Below the pieces are notes generated by a model. That model saw nothing but the letters and a program-made list of their open reading frames with translations. It was not told the origin of the DNA and ran no database searches. This document shows positions 32,715-41,075 of a stretch of DNA of 64,000 nucleotides, in pieces. The DNA is taken from assembly GCA_965219415.1 (NCBI GenBank), contig CBDCNP010000002.1, forward strand, positions 1,600,001 to 1,664,000, in the 5' to 3' direction. The stretch's first letter is position 1, and each line of letters opens with the position of its first letter. The stretch is from Candidatus Marinacidobacterales bacterium. GTDB taxonomy: Bacteria; Acidobacteriota; Vicinamibacteria; Marinacidobacterales; DATDRI01. The translations under genes and the position numbers were made by a program.

Positions 32715-33507
32715 GCGCTACGAACGGATCGCGGCCATCGGTGGCGTCTACAGCAACCACCTTGCGCTCGAGGCCGCGGTGAACGACGCGCAACGGCGAG
32801 GAGTGGACGCGATCTTCTGTCAGGGCGACCTCGGCGCCTTCGGCCCCAGCCCGGACAAGGTTTTTCCGATTCTGATGGATGCGGGTGTCCAGGTGATGCA
32901 GGGCAATTACGACAATTCGATCGGCGCAGGGCTTGCCGACTGTCAATGCGGCTACGTCGATCCCAGAGACAACCACTTCGCAAAGCTCTCTTATGACTAC
33001 ACGTTCGCCAACACGTCCGACCGTTGGAAAGCATGGATGCGCGAGCTACCGGGGTCCATTCGCATTCAACTGGGAAGCCATCGACTGCTGATGAGCCACG
33101 GTTCGCCCCGTAAGATGAACGAGTTTCTGTGGGAGTCGACGACGCCCACTCACTTCTTAGACCGTTTGCTCCAGGAGCACCAGGCCGACGTCGTGCTCAC
33201 GACCCATACCGGCATTCACTGGAAACGTGAGGTTCCAGGAGACCGACACTTCGTCAATGTGGGAGTGATCGGACGCCCGGAGAACGATGGCAACACGCAT
33301 GTCTGGTACACCATCCTGGATGCGCGGAAGGGCCGGAAAGGGTTGACCGTCGAGTTCGTCCCCCTCGAATACGACCACCGAAGTCTCGCCCAGGAAATGG
33401 CTAGCGAGGGACTGCCCCAGGAGTTCATCGACACCGTTCTCACCGGATGGTGGACGACGTGCCTGGAGATTTTGCCTTCAAAGGAACGTAAACGAGGCAA
33501 GTTCTAG
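32704..33507 (+). CDS. Atypical calcineurin-like metallophosphoesterase
   Basis: GD, GNYD, HGSP and THTG retained; DxH replaced by GGVYSN; CQCGY motif. Confidence 0.82.
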   Translation: MSLERYERIAAIGGVYSNHLALEAAVNDAQRRGVDAIFCQGDLGAFGPSPDKVFPILMDAGVQVMQGNYDNSIGAGLADCQCGYVDPRDNHFAKLSYDYTFANTSDRWKAWMRELPGSIRIQLGSHRLLMSHGSPRKMNEFLWESTTPTHFLDRLLQEHQADVVLTTHTGIHWKREVPGDRHFVNVGVIGRPENDGNTHVWYTILDARKGRKGLTVEFVPLEYDHRSLAQEMASEGLPQEFIDTVLTGWWTTCLEILPSKERKRGKF

Positions 33508-33568
33508 GAGCCATGGCTAGTAATCAGTCACTGATAACTGTTCAATGAACATGTAGGAGCGAATTTTC

Positions 33569-34732
33569 ATGTCAAGCGATTCGAATGTTGAGCACGCTGT
33601 CAAAGACCGCTACTCGAAGGCGGCTTCCGCGAAGGAAGACGCACTTTGCTGTCCCGTCGAATGCGAAGAACGCTTCCTCGACGTTCTCCCGAATGAGATT
33701 TTGGAGCGGGACTACGGGTGCGGCGACCCCTCCAAGCACCTCCAGCCGGGCGAGACGGTCCTCGATCTAGGAAGCGGTGGGGGCAAGATTTGCTACATCG
33801 CCGCCCAAGTCGTCGAAAGGGAGGGTAAGGTCATCGGCGTCGACACGAACGATGAGATGCTCGACCTGGCTCGACGCTACCGTCAGGAGATCGGCGATCG
33901 GCTCGGCTACCACAACGTCGCCTTTCACAAAGGCAAGATTCAGGACCTTGCCCTCGACTATGGAAAGCTCGAGCAATACTTGGCCGAGCATCCAGTTACC
34001 ACCGCAACGGAGCTAGAAGCGCTAGAGAGCTGGAAGGACGACCAACGGCGAAACCACCCGATGGTCCCCACGGCGTCGGTCGACGTCCTGGTAAGCAACT
34101 GCGTGCTGAACCTAGTCCGGCCCCAGGACAAGACCGAGCTCTTTCGAGAGATGCATCGCGTCCTCAGGAAAGGCGGTCGGGTCGTGATCTCGGACATTGT
34201 GAGCGATGAGGACGTGCCGGCTCACCTTCAAGTCGATGCGGAGCTTTGGAGTGGCTGTCTTTCTGGTGCCTTTCGCGAGGATGGCTTCCTGACCGCCTTT
34301 GAAGAGGCGGGATTTTACGGCATCCAAGTATTGAAGCGCGACGACAAGCCATGGCAGACGATAGAGGGCATCGAGTTCCGCGCGGTAACCGTCGAGGCCT
34401 ACAAGGGGAGAGAGGGACCATGCCTCGAACGCCACCAGGCGGTCATTTATAAGGGGCCCTGGCGCAGCGTGACCGACGACGACGGCCACACTCTGTTCCG
34501 AGGCCAGCGCATGGCAGTCTGTGACAAGACCTATCGCGTCTATAGCTCTGAACCCTACCGGGGCGCGATCGAGCCGGTAGAGCCATACGAAGACACTCCC
34601 TTATCGGAAGCGACTCCGTTCAATTGCCGGAAAGACACGGTACGACATCCGAAGGAGACCAAGGGGACGGAGTACAACGTTACCGAAACGACCGACGCGC
34701 CCTACTGTGGGCCGGATGGAGACTGCTGTTGA
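33569..34732 (+). CDS. arsM: Arsenite S-adenosylmethionine methyltransferase-like, long form
   Basis: CCP, YGCGDP, LDLGSGGG, SNCVLNL, WSGCLSGA; Cys-rich C-terminus (..CGPDGDCC). Confidence 0.8.
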   Translation: MSSDSNVEHAVKDRYSKAASAKEDALCCPVECEERFLDVLPNEILERDYGCGDPSKHLQPGETVLDLGSGGGKICYIAAQVVEREGKVIGVDTNDEMLDLARRYRQEIGDRLGYHNVAFHKGKIQDLALDYGKLEQYLAEHPVTTATELEALESWKDDQRRNHPMVPTASVDVLVSNCVLNLVRPQDKTELFREMHRVLRKGGRVVISDIVSDEDVPAHLQVDAELWSGCLSGAFREDGFLTAFEEAGFYGIQVLKRDDKPWQTIEGIEFRAVTVEAYKGREGPCLERHQAVIYKGPWRSVTDDDGHTLFRGQRMAVCDKTYRVYSSEPYRGAIEPVEPYEDTPLSEATPFNCRKDTVRHPKETKGTEYNVTETTDAPYCGPDGDCC

Positions 34733-34774
34733 GCCCGCAAGCTTAGCGCCTCTCATCCGCAGAGCGACGCACCA

Positions 34775-35523
34775 GTGATTCTAGCTGCCCTACTCATCGC
34801 CGGGGCGCTGTTTGTGGCCTATGCCAACGGCGCCAACGACAACTTCAAGGGAGTCGCGACCCTCTATGGAAGCGGCACCGTCGGGTACCGAGGTGCTCTC
34901 GCGTGGGCCACGCTTACTACGTTTGCGGGGTCGCTCTGCTCGGTGTTGCTCGCCGAGAAGCTCGTAAGAATTTTTTCCGCGAAAGGTTTGGTCCCGGAAT
35001 CGGTCGCGGGAACGCCCGAGTTCCTCGCTGCGGTGGCACTCGGAGCCGCTCTCACGGTATTCTTGGCGACCCTCCTCCTCTACTAGACGCAGGACACTTT
35101 CTCAGCGCGGGCGCGGTGAGTTTTGCGCGAGGGTTGAACGACGCACCGAAGATCGTAGGGCTGATGTTTGTGCTCGAGGCCCTAAGCGTACGAACGAACC
35201 TCTTGCTGGTCGCCACGGTCATGGCGGTAGGAGGTCTCCTCCAAGCGCGGAAAGTAGGAGAGACAGTCGCTCATCGAATTACGCGGATGAATCACGCTCA
35301 AGGCTTCGTCGCCAACCTCGTCACGTCTTGCCTCGTGCTCACAGCCAGCGCGAGCGGACTACCCGTTTCCACGACTCACGTGTCTTGCGGATCTTTTTTC
35401 GGAATCGGCCTAATCACCGAGCAAGCCAACGTTGGGGTTATCCGGCAAGTCGTGTCGTCCTAGCTCCTGACACTTCCACTCGCAGCGGTCCTCGCCGGCG
35501 TCGCCAGTCTAGTCTTGAGCTAG
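34775..35523 (+). pseudogene. PiT-family phosphate/anion permease with internal deletion (~35080) and TAG at 35461
   Basis: GANDNFK in the first frame; GLNDAPK and PVSTTH in the second; SS*LLTLP corresponds to the family SW..TLP. Confidence 0.82.
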
Positions 35524-36134
35524 GGGCCAGCGAGCCGTGCTCTCCGAACGTCCCGTGTAATCCGAGCGAAACGTTCGCCAGCGAGGCGCGCCTCCTCCAA
35601 CTCTTTTTCCGATAGACCCGGATCGGCGGGCCCGGTAGTGGCTTCCGCGCCGAGGTTGCCGAACCCGTCGGCCTGGAGCCCTCCGACCGCGACAAAGCGC
35701 ATGTTCATGAAGGCGGAAAGGATGGCGATTCTAGCGAGCTCTTTCCCCGACGCCACGGCTCCCCCGGTGCAGAACGCGCCCGCGGTCCGCCCCTCTCCGT
35801 GTTGTCCCTCACCCTCACCCAGGACGCGACCCACACGATCCACGAAGTCCTTGGCGCGCGCGCTGAGTCCTCCCCACTGGACAGGCGTTCCTACGAGAAT
35901 ACCGTCCGCGTTCCGAATGTCCTCGTCCTTTACCTCAGACACACTCCGCAGAACCGGCTCGGTATTCGGAACCGAGGAGATCCCCTCCACGATCGTCTTA
36001 GCCAGCGACTCGGTATTCCCCGTTTCGGAGTAATAGGCCACCAAGATGGTCGCTTTGCCGGCCTCCGCCGCGCTCGATGCCGCCGGAGTCATCAAGGCTG
36101 CCAGGAAAAGCATGAAAGAAAGGAGAAAATTCAT
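35520..36134 (-). CDS. WrbA-like flavodoxin with N-terminal signal peptide
   Basis: YYSETGNT, ADGILVGTPV, AFCTGG; hydrophobic leader ending in Ala-rich cleavage-like residues; GGAGG RBS. Confidence 0.82.
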   Translation of the reverse strand: MNFLLSFMLFLAALMTPAASSAAEAGKATILVAYYSETGNTESLAKTIVEGISSVPNTEPVLRSVSEVKDEDIRNADGILVGTPVQWGGLSARAKDFVDRVGRVLGEGEGQHGEGRTAGAFCTGGAVASGKELARIAILSAFMNMRFVAVGGLQADGFGNLGAEATTGPADPGLSEKELEEARLAGERFARITRDVRRARLAGP

Positions 36135-36222
36135 CGATCGCCTCCGCAACTGAGCGTCTATCGCCAGCCAATAGTACATGCTGAAGTGACCCCGCTTTCG
36201 TGGACAGGTTAAGAGTTAGGGA

Positions 36223-37074
36223 TCAAGCGTCGCGATAGTACCTCCTTTCGAATTGGATAGGCGAGCAATAGTCGATGGCGGAGTGTCGTCGTCGCGGGTT
36301 GTACCAGCCTTCGATGAAATCGAAGGTCGCCATGCGCGCCTCAGCGTGGTAGCGAAACGACCGGCGCTCGATCAGCTCGCACTCGAGCGTCGCGAAGAAG
36401 CTCTCGCACATCGCATTGTCGTAACAGTCCCCGACCGAACCCATCGACGGTCGCACCCCGGCCTCCCGGCATCGCTGGCCGAACGCTAGTGACGTGTACT
36501 GCGTGCCCTGGTCCGAGTGATGGATGACGTCGCCGGGCTTGCGTTGGAACAGCGCCATGTCGAGGGCGCTCAAGACGAGCGACGTCCGCAGGTGGGTAGC
36601 CATTGCCCATCCGACGATGCGTCGGCTGAAGGCGTCCAGCACGACGGCGAGGAACAAGAAGCCCGACCACGTGGGCACGTAGGTGATATCGGCGACCCAC
36701 AGGCGGTCGGGCCGGTCCACCTCGAAATTCCTGTCGACGAGATCGGGGGCGGGACGGGCGTCGTCACAGCGAATCGTAGTGTGCGCCCTCTTGCGCCGGT
36801 GAACACCTTGAATGCCAGCCTCGCGCATTAGCCGCGCTACACGCTTGCGTGAGACGTGGAGCTCGTGTGTCTCTCGTAGCTCGTGGAGGATCCTCGGCGC
36901 GCCGTACGTGCTCCGCGACGCGGTGTGAATCGCCCGGATCTTCTCAAGCAACTCCGCATCCGACACCGCGCGGGCCGACGGGGCACGCTCAAGCCACGCA
37001 TAGTAGCCGCTGGCGGAGACGTCCAGCAGTCGGCACATCGTGGCAACCGGTAGTGAATCCTGGTTCGCCCTCAC
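36223..37074 (-). CDS. IS3 transposase OrfB (DDE integrase core)
   Basis: WVADITY, HHSDQGTQY, DNAMCESFF, WYNPRRRH. Its frame is -1 relative to OrfA and stays open back to an AAAAG slippery site in orfA. Confidence 0.96.
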   Translation of the reverse strand: MRANQDSLPVATMCRLLDVSASGYYAWLERAPSARAVSDAELLEKIRAIHTASRSTYGAPRILHELRETHELHVSRKRVARLMREAGIQGVHRRKRAHTTIRCDDARPAPDLVDRNFEVDRPDRLWVADITYVPTWSGFLFLAVVLDAFSRRIVGWAMATHLRTSLVLSALDMALFQRKPGDVIHHSDQGTQYTSLAFGQRCREAGVRPSMGSVGDCYDNAMCESFFATLECELIERRSFRYHAEARMATFDFIEGWYNPRRRHSAIDYCSPIQFERRYYRDA

Positions 37075-37385
37075 GAATCGGAAGGCTTCGGTGGTACCGA
37101 CTCGGTCTCCCGAGCGAACCAGGCCGCGGCTTTTGAGAGGATCTCCCGCTCCAACCGTAGTTGACGGTTCTCCCGTCGCAGGCGGCGGAGCTCCGCACGC
37201 TCCTCACTCGTCAGACCGTCCTGCCTGCGACCCTCGTCGAGATCCGCCTGGTTCACCCAGTTCCGGATCGTCTGGCCCGAGGGCTCAAACTCTCGCGCCA
37301 GCTCTTCGGAGCCGCGGCCAGCTCGCACCAGCTCTACCATTTGGCGCCGGAATTCGGCCGCGTATCTGTTTCCCTGCTTTGACAT
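37071..37385 (-). CDS. IS3 transposase OrfA
   Basis: Same protein as 29-343; GTGA overlap with orfB. Confidence 0.95.
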   Translation of the reverse strand: MSKQGNRYAAEFRRQMVELVRAGRGSEELAREFEPSGQTIRNWVNQADLDEGRRQDGLTSEERAELRRLRRENRQLRLEREILSKAAAWFARETESVPPKPSDS

Positions 37386-37549
37386 CGTGGACTCCTGTCT
37401 CCCAAAGGATTAGGTGTCCACGAAAGCGGGTCAAGTCCATGCTCCGCGTGGGACTTGCAGGCCGGGCCCCAATTGTGGCATTTGTTACGTGCGATTGGTC
37501 CTTTGGCGGCACTCAGGGCCGCCCGGCCGGCTTTCTGGCCGCGAGCGAG

Positions 37550-37625
37550 GAGCCTTCAGCTGCCGCGGAGCGCGAACGCGCGGAGCGGCTAGCGGTGGGG
37601 GTGGGGGTGGGGCCCCATCGCACTA
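37550..37625. repeat. REP-like element
   Basis: AGCCTTCAGC...GGGGGTGGGGCCCC. Confidence 0.7.
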
Positions 37626-37669
37626 TTGGATGAACGGGGCGCGAGCGAGCATTAATTAATGGAGGCTAG

Positions 37670-37987
37670 ATGGAGTTCAAAGACCTAGAAAAGATGACCG
37701 TCGTCAAACTTCGTGCGGAAGCAGCGAAGTTCGAAGACTTGAAAGGCGTCTCCGGCATGAACAAGCCGCAGCTCATCGACGCCTTATGCCAGAAACTCGA
37801 AATCGAACGACCGCACGTCGAGGTCGAGGGGATTGACAAACCCACGATCAAGGGCCGCCTCAAGGAACTTCAGGCCAAGCGTAAGCAGGCACTTGCCGAT
37901 CGCAATAACGAAACGCTCGCCGACCTGAGAATGAGAATCAAAAGATACAAGAGGATGCTCAAGAAGCACAGTCACGTGACGGCATAG
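37670..37987 (+). CDS. Small basic protein with a Rho N-terminal-like domain
   Basis: LEKMTVVKLR...GVSGMNKPQLI; GGAGG RBS. Confidence 0.7.
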   Translation: MEFKDLEKMTVVKLRAEAAKFEDLKGVSGMNKPQLIDALCQKLEIERPHVEVEGIDKPTIKGRLKELQAKRKQALADRNNETLADLRMRIKRYKRMLKKHSHVTA

Positions 37988-38153
37988 CGCTAAATCCAAG
38001 CAGCCTATCCCCACCCTTCCGAATATCGGCCGGCTCTTCGGTCATCAGGTCGCACACCGGGTCGGACTTTGTGGCCCGATAGTTGCAACTGCCTCACCCT
38101 TCGAGCACTCCTGATCGCCTTTTCGACCGACCGGATTTTTTTTGATTCCGGGG

Positions 38154-38183
38154 TTGACTTCCTGCACTTGGAGCGGCTAGGAT
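38154..38183 (+). promoter_or_regulatory. Sigma70-type promoter TTGACT-N18-TAGGAT
   Basis: Read directly upstream of the Lrp gene. Confidence 0.55.
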
Positions 38184-38201
38184 CGCCTCCTCTTTTCGGT
38201 T

Positions 38202-38729
38202 GTGGATTCTATGAGCCCGCCTATTGACTTTATCGATAAACAGATTCTCAAAGCGCTCCTCTCCAAAGGACGAAGTACGTTCGCCGAGTTGGCCGCGCAG
38301 GTTGGCCTAACGGCACCTACCGTTCACGATAGAGTCAAGAAGCTCGAACGCACCGGAATCATCGAGGGTTACTCCGCCTCGGTCAATCCTTCGACCCTGG
38401 GATACGACATCAGCGCCTTCGTCAGCATCACCACAAGCGGTAGCGTCCCTTCGCGTGAATATGAAGGAAGACTCGCTGGGATGACCGAGGTTCAGGCGTG
38501 TTACAGTGTTGCAGGGGAAGAAACCTACATGGCTCGGGTCATTACGAAGAACCCGCGAACCCTAGAGTTGCTCCTACAAAGAATCAAAGACTTACCCGGC
38601 ACGCTGCGCACGAAGGCGACCGTCGTGCTGTCCTCCCCAGTCAACCGACACACGCTGCCGCTGGACGAGGAGGTTCGAGAGTTTCCGGGAGAGCAGCCGG
38701 CTCTTGCTCGGTCTCAGGGCATCCGCTAA
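38202..38729 (+). CDS. Lrp/AsnC transcriptional regulator
   Basis: DFIDKQIL...LAAQVGLT...RVKKLE..GII, CYSVAGE. Start may be ATG 38211. Confidence 0.92.
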   Translation: MDSMSPPIDFIDKQILKALLSKGRSTFAELAAQVGLTAPTVHDRVKKLERTGIIEGYSASVNPSTLGYDISAFVSITTSGSVPSREYEGRLAGMTEVQACYSVAGEETYMARVITKNPRTLELLLQRIKDLPGTLRTKATVVLSSPVNRHTLPLDEEVREFPGEQPALARSQGIR

Positions 38730-38754
38730 GTTCTACTCACCTCGCGCTTCCAGA

Positions 38755-38802
38755 CCGGTGTCTGGCCACGTTGACGTAAAGCACCGGGCCATTTTGACGC
38801 CC
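38755..38802. repeat. Dispersed bipartite repeat, between convergent genes
   Basis: GTCTGGCCAC-N10-AGCACCGGGCCATTTT-N-ACGCC shared with 43607-43653. Confidence 0.8.
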
Positions 38803-38889
38803 GGCATGCGACCCCGTTGAGGAGCGACACGGGGCTCTGACCCCCAGTAGAAACTGCACTCGAAAAGCGGAGTGCGGAAATTCTCGCAC

Positions 38890-40257
38890 CTAGCGCTCGT
38901 CTAGACGTCGCAGCAGCAAGTTCATCGCAACCAGTAGCGGGTTCCAGAGGGTTCCAACCGGCGGTGTGTACGCAAGGTCCAGCTGAGCGGCGTCATCCAC
39001 GGTCATTTTTGTGGCGAGCGCGGTCGCTACGACATCGATTCGCACCGAAGCCATGTCGCTGCCAACGATTTGAGCACCCAAGAGTCGGCGAGTTACCGGA
39101 TCGGCAAGAACCTTGACCACCGAGGGTTCGGCTCCGAAATAGGAGGCCTGAAAACGGCCTTCCACCCGTGCCTCTACGACTCGATACCCCTCTCGCTTCG
39201 CCTGCTCGGTCGTCAGGCCGGTTCGTGCGGCGACAAGCCCGAAAACCTTCACCGCGGTGGTGCCCACCGCCCCACGGAAATACGACACCCTGCCGGCCAT
39301 GTTCTCGCCCGCCACCCGACCCTGCTTGGCGGCTACCGTTCCGAGAGGGTCGAAGCTTGGCCTACCGGTGACTAGATTCACCGACTCTGCACAGTTGCCC
39401 GCCGCGTAGACGGCCGAGACATTCGTCTCCATCCGCTCTGAGACCGCGATCGCGCCACTTGCTCCGAGCTGGATACCTGAACCAGCTATGACGTCTACCC
39501 GAGGCGCCACGCCGACATCTGCGAGCACGAGATCTGCAGGCAGCCGGTGTCCACTTCCGACCAATTCCACGCCTTCTACCGAGCCATCGGGGCGGGATAG
39601 GATCCGCCCTACCGAGCGACGCGTCATGACCCGGACGCCTTTCGCCTGGAGCTCCGATTCCAGCGGTGAAGCCATGTCGGGATCGATGGCTGGGAACACG
39701 GCTGGCGACTTCTCTACCAGCGTGACACGAACCCCACGCTCACGGAAGGCCTCCGCCATCTCCAAGCCGACGTATCCCCCTCCGATCAAAACAACTTGCT
39801 TCACTCGCCCCGAATCGAGCCACTGGCCGATGGCCTCACCGTGCTCGATACGGCTGACAGTGAAGACCCCGGAGGCATCGAGGCCTTGGATCTCGGGACG
39901 GGTCGTTTTGTATCCAGTAGCTATCAGCAGTTTGTCGTACTTGAGGGTCTCCTTCTTGTGGTTCGCCAGGTCTTCGACGACCACCGAGCGCCTCGAAGGA
40001 AGGATCTCCATCACGCGGGTCTCGATCCGAGCGGATATCCCACGATCGTTTTGTAGGCGTTCTGGAGAAAAATAAAGAAGATCGCCGAAGCGCGAGATGC
40101 GCCCCCCCAACCAGTAAGGTAGGCCGCAAATGCTATACGAGATATAGCGGCTCGCTTCGAGAACCGTGATGGAGAGCGAAGGACAGAGTCGCTTGGCTCG
40201 GGAGGCCGCGGTCATTCCGGCAGCGTTCCCGCCGATCACGAGATGGTGTTCAGCCAT
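38890..40257 (-). CDS. CoA-disulfide reductase / NADH oxidase family
   Basis: GGNAAG, SYSICGLPY redox Cys, GGGYVGLE, DLAYTPP. Confidence 0.9.
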   Translation of the reverse strand: MAEHHLVIGGNAAGMTAASRAKRLCPSLSITVLEASRYISYSICGLPYWLGGRISRFGDLLYFSPERLQNDRGISARIETRVMEILPSRRSVVVEDLANHKKETLKYDKLLIATGYKTTRPEIQGLDASGVFTVSRIEHGEAIGQWLDSGRVKQVVLIGGGYVGLEMAEAFRERGVRVTLVEKSPAVFPAIDPDMASPLESELQAKGVRVMTRRSVGRILSRPDGSVEGVELVGSGHRLPADLVLADVGVAPRVDVIAGSGIQLGASGAIAVSERMETNVSAVYAAGNCAESVNLVTGRPSFDPLGTVAAKQGRVAGENMAGRVSYFRGAVGTTAVKVFGLVAARTGLTTEQAKREGYRVVEARVEGRFQASYFGAEPSVVKVLADPVTRRLLGAQIVGSDMASVRIDVVATALATKMTVDDAAQLDLAYTPPVGTLWNPLLVAMNLLLRRLDER

Positions 40258-40268
40258 GGACACTGGAA

Positions 40269-40703
40269 TCAGTGGACCGCGGTGGTTGCGTCGGGGGGCA
40301 TTTCAACCGGCACCACCGATGCATGGTGAAGGACCATCCGCCACCCCGAGGATGTATGCACAAAGAGGTTGGTTCCTTGCGCCAAAGAGATGAGATTTCC
40401 CGATTCGGGTCGACTGATGATCCGCTCCAGACAAAGTGCCCACGCGAGCTCACCGAAGAGCCGTAACTTGACGTCGCCCGCCTTTACGCGTTGGCTCAAA
40501 GTATTGCTGAAGATCTGCCTCCAGCTCTCCTGTACGTCATCCCAGCTGCTCAGCATCTCCCAACCGGGGTGGACGCATCGGACCCAGGGCTCGTGCAGCC
40601 AGATCTGCTCCATCGCCGCCGCGTCCAGCGCGGTCAGAGCCTGGTAGAAGCAGTGATTCGCCTCCAGAACTGCCTGCTCGGCACTCACAACGCCCGTCAT
40701 CAT
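40269..40703 (-). CDS. SnoaL/NTF2-like protein
   Basis: ANHCFY, CVHPGW, TNLF, WRMVLHHAS. Confidence 0.85.
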   Translation of the reverse strand: MMTGVVSAEQAVLEANHCFYQALTALDAAAMEQIWLHEPWVRCVHPGWEMLSSWDDVQESWRQIFSNTLSQRVKAGDVKLRLFGELAWALCLERIISRPESGNLISLAQGTNLFVHTSSGWRMVLHHASVVPVEMPPDATTAVH

Positions 40704-41075
40704 AGCAGAAGCCCGAGGAAGGGGAAGCGCAGCCCGGCCTGGCCTGGCACCTTTCAAATCGTTCTCTTGGCGCCAAACCAGGGAAGGTGCCTATGGGCAA
40801 AGTGGCCAGGCGCCCCTCTTCAAGACTGCTGGCCGCAAAAACACCGCGTTGCCCAGCATCGGCGTCCTTGCCGCGTTTGATAGCGGGGCATCTGGCCATC
40901 GGGGCTCGCAAGGCGGCTCTCTAGATCCTGCTGGCCGCCCACTAGGCGTCATTTCGTGCTGGCCGCTAAATACACAATTGCCAGTATTCGGGCTAGCCAG
41001 GCGGCGGGTGCTGCTATCGGGGTACGGGAGGACGCCGGTGTACAGGGAGGACGAGCGTGGTACCTTACTCAATAG

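Larger units (their letters stand above)
36182..37439 (-). mobile_element. Complete IS3-family element, 1258 bp
   Basis: TG...CA ends; imperfect IRs sharing CCCGCTTTCGTGGACA; 3-bp target duplication TGC (36179-36181 and 37440-37442). Confidence 0.97.

Noticed and set aside
34715-34775. Selenocysteine readthrough after arsM ...DCC-TGA
   Set aside because: CC-stop is a normal ArsM-like ending; no convincing SECIS hairpin or meaningful extension seen.
19202-35463. TAG recoded as Trp (in-frame TAG at likely Trp positions 19202 and 35461)
   Set aside because: Both genes carry other lesions, and TAG is the normal stop of rpsD, rpoA, rpmJ, infA and others. TGG to TAG point mutation is simpler.
37990-38150. 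Possible tRNA or riboswitch between the Rho-N-like gene and lrp
   Set aside because: Only short hairpins and a T-run; no cloverleaf or recognisable aptamer.
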